Below are positions 10,453-19,035 of a stretch of DNA of 64,000 nt, one piece after another. The stretch is from positions 1 to 64,000 of the IMG/VR virus record IMGVR_UViG_3300047476_002078. The stretch is one strand, 5' to 3'. A program made the translations under genes and the position numbers. Within the stretch, counting starts at the first letter, position 1. The number at the start of each line of letters is the position of its first letter. A model generated the notes under the pieces. The model saw nothing but the letters and a program-made list of their open reading frames with translations. It ran no database searches and was not told the DNA's origin.

Positions 10453-10749
10453 TTATTGGTTTTGTTTGTAAGATTTCAATAAATCTGGGCGAAATACGTT
10501 TGATTCATATCCGCAGTCACACATCTTAATTAACATTTTTGGTTGATGGAAATTGAAATTAACTATAGGGGCTAATTTTTTGCAACAGGGGCATTTTTCA
10601 TAGCCTAACTCTTGGATATGGTAAATTGAAGAGTCTTTTTTGCCTTTCTTCATTTCTATTGAAATATGATCGAATGACATATCACAAATCAATCTGTCAT
10701 ATATTTCAATTGCTTTTTTTTGCCAAGTTTTTGTCTTTAATTCATTCAT
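10453..10749 (-). CDS. Hypothetical protein with Cys motifs
   Basis: CPCC...CDCG; 98 aa. Confidence 0.5.
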   Translation of the reverse strand: MNELKTKTWQKKAIEIYDRLICDMSFDHISIEMKKGKKDSSIYHIQELGYEKCPCCKKLAPIVNFNFHQPKMLIKMCDCGYESNVFRPDLLKSYKQNQ

Positions 10750-10819
10750 TCTTACCTATTATAGTAGTAATTATTTTTTAATTTATCAGTGATTTATATT
10801 TCTAATAAAAGACAGGGTT

Positions 10820-11746
10820 ATGAATTTAAGAAAAATAGCAGGAAGAGTAGCTTTAAAATATGCGGCATCTGGACCATCCTTTGATTACAAATTTAATGAA
10901 GAGGATTCAGAAAAATTAGTGAGAAATCCTAACCCTCACGGTGTTAAGAAAATGGTGACACAGGAATACGCTGATAGATTTTTGGGGAAACAGCCAAAAA
11001 AATCTCCTGTTGAAAATAAACCTGCTCCTTCAACAATTTCTAAAGCTAAAGAAAATAAGGAAAGAGTAGAAAATCAGAAAAAAACTAATCAAAAGCACTC
11101 GAATGGGATGAATAAACCTGAATACAATAAAAAGGGTGCTGAAGTAACAAAAGATGAATGTGTTTCTTTTATTAAAGAGTTTCACCCTGCTTTTGAAGAA
11201 GCCGCTTCATGGGGAGAAGGGTTTAAAAAATCAGGAGCGATGAGTTTTTCAGGAAGATTAAAAGACGAAAATTCTCTACATGATAAAATGAAAGGAAGAT
11301 TCAAAGAAAGAACTTTGAATTCGGCAGGGGATATTGTAGGAAGTAGAGCTATTTGCAAAAATATGAACGATGTTAAAAAAATCATTTCTCATGTTTATGA
11401 CACTTATGATGTTTTAGAACACGATGATAGTGTAGAAGAAAAAGTAAGACCTGAAGGGTACAGAGCACATCATTTTACAATCAAATCAAGTGATGGTAAA
11501 TTAATTGAACTTCAAGTTAAAACGCAAAATCAACAATTATGGTCAGGGTACACACATGACACAATTTATAAAGCTGAAGACCCTGAAATAATACAAGCCA
11601 AGCCAGATATAGATAAATATACTAAAGCAGTTAGTGACTATATTTATGCTGTGGATACTGGCAAAGACCCCGGTTCTTTTCCAGAAACTCCAGAAATATT
11701 AAAAAAGAAAAATTTAGCTTTCCCTGCTAATGACATAGTGAGATAA
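10820..11746 (+). CDS. Small alarmone synthetase (RelA/SpoT synthetase domain) with N-terminal extension
   Basis: GRLKDENSLHDK, DIVGSR, EHDD, GYRAHH and ELQVKT..QQLW..YTHDTIYK motifs; no hydrolase, TGS or ACT domain. Confidence 0.88.
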   Translation: MNLRKIAGRVALKYAASGPSFDYKFNEEDSEKLVRNPNPHGVKKMVTQEYADRFLGKQPKKSPVENKPAPSTISKAKENKERVENQKKTNQKHSNGMNKPEYNKKGAEVTKDECVSFIKEFHPAFEEAASWGEGFKKSGAMSFSGRLKDENSLHDKMKGRFKERTLNSAGDIVGSRAICKNMNDVKKIISHVYDTYDVLEHDDSVEEKVRPEGYRAHHFTIKSSDGKLIELQVKTQNQQLWSGYTHDTIYKAEDPEIIQAKPDIDKYTKAVSDYIYAVDTGKDPGSFPETPEILKKKNLAFPANDIVR

Positions 11747-11750
11747 GAAA

Positions 11751-11963
11751 ATGAAATACTATCTAGTTATAAGAGATAAAAAAAATAAAAACTTAGACGT
11801 AAAAGAATATCCTACCATGAAAAAAGCTTCCGCAGTAAAAGAAGCTATGCTTAAAAGCGGTCATGAAGGGCAATTAGTAATAGGTTACGGAAGCTCAATG
11901 AATGATTTTTTAACATCATTTACAGAGTATCGACCAAAAAATTGGAAAGATTTAATTAAGTAA
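11751..11963 (+). CDS. Hypothetical protein, 4 bp downstream of the synthetase
   Basis: 70-aa ORF, tight operon spacing. Confidence 0.6.
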   Translation: MKYYLVIRDKKNKNLDVKEYPTMKKASAVKEAMLKSGHEGQLVIGYGSSMNDFLTSFTEYRPKNWKDLIK

Positions 11964-12573
11964 TTTTTTTGGCAGGTATTCCAACATAAATACCACTTTC
12001 TGTTAAATTTTTGACAACTGCGGATTGAGCACCAGTAATTACATTTTCTGATATACAAATTTTTTCTCGAACCGCTGTTCCTGTTCCCAAAGAGGAATAT
12101 TTTCCGATAACTGTGTTACCTGAAATGTGACAGCCCGGATTTGCTGTTACATAATCATCAATTACTGCGTCGTGCCCAACAGTACAGTTAAGATTCAAAA
12201 CAACGTAATCCCCGATTTTAACATTAGTAGTGATTATACACCCTGCGGTTATAATCCCTCCTACACCTATATCAGCATCTTGAACTAAAGCTTTTGGGTG
12301 AACAAATGTTTTCATTGGCTTTAATCCGCTTTTCAATGCTTTTTCTACCATTATTTTTTTAACTTCGGGATTACCTACACCGATTATAAATTCAGCATTT
12401 TGAAATGAATCAAAGTTCCAATTTTTAACAACCTTGTAACTTTTATTTTTTATAATTATTTCTTCAATATTTGTGAAATCATCCACAAAAATAAAATCAG
12501 CATTAAAAGAATCTAAGTGAAAAAAGACTTCCCTTGCAAATCCCCCTGCTCCAAGAATAACTATGTTTTTCAT
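11956..12573 (-). CDS. NeuD/PglD-family sugar acetyltransferase
   Basis: ILGAGGFAREV N-terminus, hexapeptide repeats, VGHD, C-terminal GIPAK. Confidence 0.9.
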   Translation of the reverse strand: MKNIVILGAGGFAREVFFHLDSFNADFIFVDDFTNIEEIIIKNKSYKVVKNWNFDSFQNAEFIIGVGNPEVKKIMVEKALKSGLKPMKTFVHPKALVQDADIGVGGIITAGCIITTNVKIGDYVVLNLNCTVGHDAVIDDYVTANPGCHISGNTVIGKYSSLGTGTAVREKICISENVITGAQSAVVKNLTESGIYVGIPAKKIT

Positions 12574-14654
12574 GAAAGAGCCTCAATAATTCCATTGAAA
12601 ACTTCATCCATTTCTTCATTTGTAATAGTTTCGTAAAACGGTATGCACAATATTCTGTCTGACATGTTTTCAGTTTTTGACAAGTCGTTAAATGCCAAAT
12701 TATCTTTGAAAAAAGGCTGTGCGTGAATAGGTATGTAGTATATTCTGGTGTTAATACCTTTTTTGTTCAAAGATTCAATAACTAAATTTCTTTCTTCTTT
12801 ATTTGATAAAATAATAGGGTAAACCTGATAACCTGAATTAATATTTTTAATTGTTTTTATTGAACTTGTAGAAAATTTTTGTTGATAGTAATCGTGTTTT
12901 TGCTTTTTAATATTTATTTTATTTTCAATAGTATCCATAACAGATAGACCTATAGCAGCATGAAATTCAGAGCATTTTGCATTTGTACCCGATAAGGTTG
13001 AAACATTATTGGTAAAACCAAAATTTATAATTTTTCTGCATTTCTCAATAAAATTTGAATTTTTACTGGTCACTAAGCACCCTTCACCAATACCAAAAGT
13101 TTTGGTTATATGCAGACTGAAAATTTCGCAATCTCCTGCCGACCCTAATTTTGTTTCGTCACTGTACGATGCTCCAAGTGCAGCCGCCGAATCAAAAATT
13201 AAAATTAATCCATGTTTATTAGCAAAGTCTTCGTACTTTTTATAATCACATGTGTAGCCGAGAGCCTGAACGACAATCATGGCTTTTGTATTGGCAGTTA
13301 ATTTTTTTTCTGCGTTTTTAATACATAAATGAATACCTTCTTCTTCAATATCAACTAAGACAGGATTACATTCAGCGTTTAATACAGAATGTGCTGTAGC
13401 AGAAAACGTAAAAGATGGAATTAAAATATCACAGTTCTTTAAATCATGTGCTTTTATAGCAACAGTTAATCCTATTGTTGCGTTATTCATTAAAACTGGG
13501 ACATTATCAAGATTGAGATAGGACTTGAACCTTTCCTCTAACATTTTTACACAGGGTCCGTTGTTAGAGAATGTATTTGATTCATAGGAATCTACTAAAT
13601 ATTTAGCCCAATCTTTGATTTGTGGTGGGTTAGGTTTTAAAACAGGTATCTTTAAAAAAAGATCAGAGTCATCAAAAAATTTACTGGCGTAATTTGGCAA
13701 ATTTTTAATGTCGAATCTTTCGTATCTTTCAGAGATTTCTAAATTCACTTTAGAATTTATCTGAATTTCACTTAAAGCAGAGCTAGATATTATTGAATTT
13801 GGGACATTTACTGTAAAATGGTCTTGTTCTATTTTGTAAACATTCAAACTTAACCCATTAACTGAAATAGAATCTTCTATCTTTAAATCAGCTAGTATCT
13901 CTGGGCAAGAAATTATAAATTCTTTTGATTCCTCTAAGTTGTTAATTGAAGATACAGTCCCTATATTTTTGATTTGACCAGCAAACATATTTCCCTTCCT
14001 ATTTTGTATATCAACCCCAAATATAGGGTATTTATCTAAATCTTTGAAATGCCATCCGATTATTTCACCATTAGATAAAGAATTTGATCTTAAATTATCT
14101 ACGTTATTGACCGTAAAATGAAAAAGAGGGTCAAAATTCTTTTTTAGACACATTAAATTTTTACTATCTTGAATATTATTTTGAATTTTCAAATTTAAAA
14201 AATATCTAAAATTTTGGAGCTTGAAAACAATAGGCTCCTGATTATCTGTAAATAAAGCATGAGCTTCTCTTGTCCAACTCATTAATGTTTGATTATTAAA
14301 AACGATATTATCTTCGGAGAGTATGACAATATCTTCCGGTTGTGCAGAAGATAGAGCTTCTGACAGTTTTGAATAGTGGTGCGTTAAATTTTCAACAAGT
14401 GAATTTTCTGAAGGTAAGTCTATGACGCTGTACAAAATTTTATCTTTATACTTATCAAAAATGTCTTTATTTTCTTCAAACAGTAGAGCTTTCGGCTTTC
14501 CGTTATAATCTTGGTTACATTCTACGAAAACAAAATAATCAACGATGGAAAGTTCATAAACTAATGTTTCTAAAACTGTTAGGGTATGTTTACCGTAATT
14601 TACAATAGGTACACATAAAAAAACTTTTTTTCCAAATTTATTGCTTAATTCCAT
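12570..14654 (-). CDS. Fusion: GT17-like domain + riboflavin-synthase-alpha-like barrel + DegT/DnrJ sugar aminotransferase
   Basis: N: DYFVFVECN..NGKPK, GWHF; aa 223-306: MFAGQIKNIGTV..DSISVNG..VNLE; C: PSFTFSATA, FDSAAALG, SLHITKTFGIGEGC. Confidence 0.85.
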   Translation of the reverse strand: MELSNKFGKKVFLCVPIVNYGKHTLTVLETLVYELSIVDYFVFVECNQDYNGKPKALLFEENKDIFDKYKDKILYSVIDLPSENSLVENLTHHYSKLSEALSSAQPEDIVILSEDNIVFNNQTLMSWTREAHALFTDNQEPIVFKLQNFRYFLNLKIQNNIQDSKNLMCLKKNFDPLFHFTVNNVDNLRSNSLSNGEIIGWHFKDLDKYPIFGVDIQNRKGNMFAGQIKNIGTVSSINNLEESKEFIISCPEILADLKIEDSISVNGLSLNVYKIEQDHFTVNVPNSIISSSALSEIQINSKVNLEISERYERFDIKNLPNYASKFFDDSDLFLKIPVLKPNPPQIKDWAKYLVDSYESNTFSNNGPCVKMLEERFKSYLNLDNVPVLMNNATIGLTVAIKAHDLKNCDILIPSFTFSATAHSVLNAECNPVLVDIEEEGIHLCIKNAEKKLTANTKAMIVVQALGYTCDYKKYEDFANKHGLILIFDSAAALGASYSDETKLGSAGDCEIFSLHITKTFGIGEGCLVTSKNSNFIEKCRKIINFGFTNNVSTLSGTNAKCSEFHAAIGLSVMDTIENKINIKKQKHDYYQQKFSTSSIKTIKNINSGYQVYPIILSNKEERNLVIESLNKKGINTRIYYIPIHAQPFFKDNLAFNDLSKTENMSDRILCIPFYETITNEEMDEVFNGIIEALS

Positions 14655-14742
14655 TAATTTACCTCTAACATATTTATAGCTAAAAAATTATAAAAATTTT
14701 ATGGCTTTATCCATATATATTTATTAGGATATTTTTACGGAG

Positions 14743-15084
14743 GTGTCTATGAGTTTTATGAACAGGATACGTAAAGAGGCTCTTAGTGATGAGGAGCTTA
14801 TCAAAATTCGAGAAAGCGAGCTTCTTTTTAACGAAAATCGTTACGGTAATAACGTACCAAAAGAAGAAATAGAAGAAGATAATAGATGCCGTGAGGTTCT
14901 ATCTGGTATTAAAGCACAAGCTGAATCTTTGTTGAGTGATACAGATACTTTAGAAATAAACATTAAAAAAATAGAAGATAATCTACAAAATGTTACGGTT
15001 TCAGGAACTTCTAATCAAGATTATGACGAAATTATTCTTTCAGTCGATGAAGGTAAAGTTATTTTTAAAATAACACCAAATTAA
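14743..15084 (+). CDS. Hypothetical acidic protein with RIRKEA leader
   Basis: RBS GGAGGT; start is probably the ATG at 14749. Confidence 0.6.
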   Translation: MSMSFMNRIRKEALSDEELIKIRESELLFNENRYGNNVPKEEIEEDNRCREVLSGIKAQAESLLSDTDTLEINIKKIEDNLQNVTVSGTSNQDYDEIILSVDEGKVIFKITPN

Positions 15085-15413
15085 ATTGAAAAAGATTCAC
15101 CGCAACCACAGGTATTTTTGGCATTATGGTTTTCAAATACAAAACCTTTTCCATTAAGACCGTCTTTAAAGTCAAGTGTGACTCCTTTCAGATAGATAGC
15201 GGATTTAGGGTCTATTAAGATGGAGATGTTATCCAAACTTAATATGTTGTCTTTTTCTTTAAACTGAGAAAATTCTATTTTATAAGATAACCCAGAACAT
15301 CCTCCTCCTGTTACAGAGATGCGTAAACCCTTTTCGTTGTTCGCATTTTCGGTACTCCAGATGTCTTTTATTTGTTGGATTGCCTTTTCGGTTACTTCAA
15401 TTATGTTGTTCAT
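15081..15413 (-). CDS. iscA: A-type Fe-S carrier protein (IscA/HesB)
   Basis: GGGCSGLSY and TCGCGESF motifs. Confidence 0.93.
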   Translation of the reverse strand: MNNIIEVTEKAIQQIKDIWSTENANNEKGLRISVTGGGCSGLSYKIEFSQFKEKDNILSLDNISILIDPKSAIYLKGVTLDFKDGLNGKGFVFENHNAKNTCGCGESFSI

Positions 15414-16096
15414 AAAACCTCTTTATCAATTATCGCCGTAATTTGCTCTTTTGATAGAGTTCCATCTATTTCAAAAACTTTAGGAAAATTTGTAGATAAT
15501 TCAATTTCTCCTAAAAAGGGACAGTTTAATTTATTTATAGCAAATTTTTGTCCGTTTATGCTATTCAAAGAGTTTAAATCCTTAGAAATTCTTAAAAAAT
15601 TTTCTCTTACTTTTTCCGTAAAACTGTCACCTTTAGATTCTTCTCTCGTGGAAGAAGTATCACCTCTTTCAAACCTTCGTTTTGTAGCTTCTTCGATAGG
15701 TATATCTAAGAAAAAAATATGAGAGGGGAAAACCTGAATAGCAAATTTTAACAGGTTCCAAATGTCTTGAACTTTGTTTCCACAAGCTACACCATAAGCT
15801 AAACCGCTCATAAATGATCTGTCTGAAACAACAAAATAACCGTCTTCTAAAAGCTGTTTTACCTTGGCGGTATGTTCGGCTCGATCAGCTTGCATTAGCA
15901 GTTCCAATGATGCTGGAGATATTTTTTCATGGCTTAAAACAAAATCTCGAACTTTTAAATTTATCAAAGGGCTTCCGGGTTCTCTAGTCCAAATTGCTTT
16001 GTGCCCTGAATTGATTAATCTTTTTACTAAATTTTCACTGTGACTTGATTTACCACACCCGTCGATTCCTTCAAACACGATATATTTGTTTTCCAT
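15410..16096 (-). CDS. tmk: Thymidylate kinase
   Basis: FEGIDGCGKS, TREPG, QADRAEH and SDRSFMS..AY motifs. Confidence 0.93.
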   Translation of the reverse strand: MENKYIVFEGIDGCGKSSHSENLVKRLINSGHKAIWTREPGSPLINLKVRDFVLSHEKISPASLELLMQADRAEHTAKVKQLLEDGYFVVSDRSFMSGLAYGVACGNKVQDIWNLLKFAIQVFPSHIFFLDIPIEEATKRRFERGDTSSTREESKGDSFTEKVRENFLRISKDLNSLNSINGQKFAINKLNCPFLGEIELSTNFPKVFEIDGTLSKEQITAIIDKEVL

Positions 16097-16167
16097 AAAT
16101 CCCCTTTTACGGAAAAAGTTTAAAATAATGTGTTGGAATTTTCAAACGAATAGTATAATTTGATTTT

Positions 16168-16809
16168 ATGATTAGTATTATTACAAGCGTAAATGACCAA
16201 GAGCAATATGAACAATTTATGATGCCTAGTATGAACAGGCTTCAGAAATTTCTTATGGATTCTAATCTTCCTACTCTGGATATAGTAAAAGTTTCTGGTT
16301 CAGAGTCTATCGGCAAGAATTACAATGAAGGCATAAGAAAAGCCATCTACAAGGTAAAAGTTTTTATTCACCAAGATGTAGATATGCTAGAAATAGATTG
16401 GGCTTTTAAACTTCTAAAAATTTTTGCTGATTACCCAGATGTGGGATTAGTAGGATTGGTAGGAACCGTAAATTTTCCGAATAGAGGGTTTTGGTGGACT
16501 TCTGGAAGAGAATTTATTCGTGGAGAGCTTTGGTCAGGAAAAGAAAAAGCTGATTGGACTTTTTTGCCTGTGATTGCCCCGACAACAGTAGAATGTATTG
16601 ATGGCTTTTTCATGGCAACAAATAGAGACATTCTATGGGATGAGGACATTAAAGGTTTTCATTGTTATGATATGGACTACTCTCGTACAATTACTAAAAA
16701 CGGTTTAAAAATAATGGTCATGCCTCATAAATCTTGGCATATTGGAGAAATTCGAGAGGCAAAACACGAGCATTTATTTGAAACTTACTATAAAAAATGG
16801 AATTTATGA
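16168..16809 (+). CDS. GT-A glycosyltransferase-like protein
   Basis: YNEGI..A, FIHQD, IDGFFMA and FHCYDMD motifs. Confidence 0.8.
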   Translation: MISIITSVNDQEQYEQFMMPSMNRLQKFLMDSNLPTLDIVKVSGSESIGKNYNEGIRKAIYKVKVFIHQDVDMLEIDWAFKLLKIFADYPDVGLVGLVGTVNFPNRGFWWTSGREFIRGELWSGKEKADWTFLPVIAPTTVECIDGFFMATNRDILWDEDIKGFHCYDMDYSRTITKNGLKIMVMPHKSWHIGEIREAKHEHLFETYYKKWNL

Positions 16810-17717
16810 AAATAGCAGTTTTTTGGGGTGGAAGACATACTTTGCCCGGTGCTTGCGATGAAAATACTTGGTACAGTTTTTACAATTCTGGTTGGAAGTA
16901 CGGATTTGAAAGTTTAGGGCACTCTGTACATTATTTTTCATGGGATGACCATGAAGATAGATCAGGATATGATCTTTACATTTACGCTCCGGGGTTTTTA
17001 ACAAATTTAACTTATCATCCAAAAATTTATCATCCGAACGTATTTTTTACTGAAGAGGCTAGTTGTGCAGTTTCTTGGGCGGCTTCTCACAGTTACTACT
17101 ACGATGCGGTCACATTTCTTGATTACATAAATTGGAAAGCTGTAAAACATATAGGCGTTAATAACGCATATTGGGTGCCCGGTGCAGTTGACCCGACAGT
17201 GTTTAAAAATTTGAATCAGGAAAGAATATATAATACAGCGTTTTTAGGTTCTTATGATGATAATGTTAAAATCATTAATGGTAAGACACGATTAGATTTT
17301 ATACGAGCTATTGACGCTCATAATAAACCTTCAATGGTAGCCAGAGGTTATTACGCATTTGAAGCTAATAAGATTTGGAATGTTACTAAAATAGGTGTCG
17401 ATGTACCGATAGTTGAGTTCTGTTCTTTTAGACTTTTTCAAATAATTGCGTCAGGGGCTTTCTGTATTACTCGAAAAACTAGATTGGATAGTGGAATATC
17501 ACAACTTCTTGAACCTGATATGTATGACACTTATAACGACATAGATGATCTTGTTTTTAATGTAGCTCCGTATTGGATAGTTAAAGACCAAAAACGGGAG
17601 AAACTATGTAAGACTGCTCAAGAGTTTGTTCTCCAAAATCATACTTTTAAAAATCGTGCAGAGCAAATATTAAAAATAGCTGGTCTTATGGAAGGAAAAA
17701 TTCCGTATCAAGGATAA
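16806..17717 (+). CDS. GT-B glycosyltransferase (CgeB-like C-terminal domain)
   Basis: AVDPTVF, AFLGS, RLFQIIASGAF and HTFKNRAEQIL motifs; ATGA overlap gives a start at 16806. Confidence 0.78.
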   Translation: MKIAVFWGGRHTLPGACDENTWYSFYNSGWKYGFESLGHSVHYFSWDDHEDRSGYDLYIYAPGFLTNLTYHPKIYHPNVFFTEEASCAVSWAASHSYYYDAVTFLDYINWKAVKHIGVNNAYWVPGAVDPTVFKNLNQERIYNTAFLGSYDDNVKIINGKTRLDFIRAIDAHNKPSMVARGYYAFEANKIWNVTKIGVDVPIVEFCSFRLFQIIASGAFCITRKTRLDSGISQLLEPDMYDTYNDIDDLVFNVAPYWIVKDQKREKLCKTAQEFVLQNHTFKNRAEQILKIAGLMEGKIPYQG

Positions 17718-17722
17718 CTATA

Positions 17723-17953
17723 ATGGCATCTCCTTATGAAAAAGAGGTAATTGATATTCTTTTAAAAACAAAAGGAAAAGCTGTGTGCTTTTTGGTTTTG
17801 GATGGCTCAAAAGGAACTAGCTTTGAAGTAAGGTCTGTTGATGAAAAATACATGCGGAGTCTGCCAAAAATTTTAATAGAAATAGCCAGTAAAATTGAAG
17901 GCGAATTGAACGAAAAAGATTTAAAGAAGAAAATGGAAAATTTAGATGTTTGA
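17723..17953 (+). CDS. Hypothetical protein
   Basis: 76-aa ORF inside the operon. Confidence 0.6.
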   Translation: MASPYEKEVIDILLKTKGKAVCFLVLDGSKGTSFEVRSVDEKYMRSLPKILIEIASKIEGELNEKDLKKKMENLDV

Positions 17954-18575
17954 TCTTAATTATCAAAACCCTTATAATCCTTACGTAACTAAGACTCAAG
18001 AATTTGGAAATTTTAAATTTGAGAGTTTATCCATAGAAGGTTTAGTTATTATTACTCCTAAAATCTATGGAGACAGTAGAGGCTACTTCCTTGAAACTTA
18101 TAATGAATACGCATTTTTAAACGCTGGGATACCTACACAGTTTAAACAAGATAATCAAAGTTATTCAAGTAAAGGTGTACTTAGAGGGATGCACATACAA
18201 AACCCTACCTTTCAAGGAAAGCTTGTAAGATGTAATAGCGGATTAGTTTATGATGTTGCAATTGATTTAAGAAAAGGTAGTAAAACTTTTGGTCATTTTG
18301 CTGGAATTTTATTAGACCCGAAAATTAAAAATATGTTCTATGTTCCTGAAGGATTTGCACACGGGTTTTTAGCTTTAGAAGATTCTGAGTTTGTTTATAA
18401 ATGCTCTGAAACTTGGAAACCTAACGAAGACCTCACGGTTTCTTATGATTGTTTTGGTGCTCCTTGGTTAGATATTGCGAATAAATACGATATTTCAGAA
18501 TTTTTAACTTCTGTTAAAGACCGCCAAAATGCTATTAGTGTTGAACAATATCGAGTAATGTACTGCTTGGAGTAA
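17946..18575 (+). CDS. rfbC: dTDP-4-dehydrorhamnose 3,5-epimerase
   Basis: DSRGYFLETY, QDNQSYS..GVLRGMH, DVAIDLR and YVPEGFAHGF motifs. Confidence 0.92.
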   Translation: MFDLNYQNPYNPYVTKTQEFGNFKFESLSIEGLVIITPKIYGDSRGYFLETYNEYAFLNAGIPTQFKQDNQSYSSKGVLRGMHIQNPTFQGKLVRCNSGLVYDVAIDLRKGSKTFGHFAGILLDPKIKNMFYVPEGFAHGFLALEDSEFVYKCSETWKPNEDLTVSYDCFGAPWLDIANKYDISEFLTSVKDRQNAISVEQYRVMYCLE

Positions 18576-18580
18576 AGTGT

Positions 18581-18982
18581 GTGAATAAACTTCATAAGCT
18601 CACAATCAAAAAATTGATAAAATTGTGTTCACCTAGTTTAAGAAGTTTAAAATGGGAATTTACGACAATGACCCATGAACAAAAAATTATTTCAGTTTTA
18701 GAAGTTATATGTTTTGAAATTTTTAAGAGAAACAAAGATAAGATTTCAAGTTTAAAATTTTCAGATTATATTAAAAACGAACCTTACCTTGACCATTATT
18801 TGTTAAAACTTTGCAAAGAACTGGACAATAAAAAAACTGACAAAATAAAAAAGCCCAAACAAAAAACTAAAAAATTCGGTATTTTTGACGTAACTAAACT
18901 TCAAAAGAAAAAAGACGCAAATTTAGATATTAAACCAAAAATATTGTCAAAAAAAGAAGCCTTCACAGATTTTGATGAATAG
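18581..18982 (+). CDS. Hypothetical basic protein
   Basis: 133-aa ORF, GTG start. Confidence 0.5.
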   Translation: MNKLHKLTIKKLIKLCSPSLRSLKWEFTTMTHEQKIISVLEVICFEIFKRNKDKISSLKFSDYIKNEPYLDHYLLKLCKELDNKKTDKIKKPKQKTKKFGIFDVTKLQKKKDANLDIKPKILSKKEAFTDFDE

Positions 18983-18984
18983 TA

Positions 18985-19024
18985 TCAATTACTTGCGATC
19001 ATTAGTGGATTCGGTATAGCCTTT
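18985..19024 (+). promoter_or_regulatory. Bipartite conserved element, copy 1 (TCAATTACTT-N10-GTGGAWTCGGTATAGCCTTT)
   Basis: Matches 48358..48397 (minus strand) at 10/10 and 19/20 in exact register; ends 11 nt before the helicase ATG. Confidence 0.8.
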
Positions 19025-19035
19025 GAGAGGTTAGA

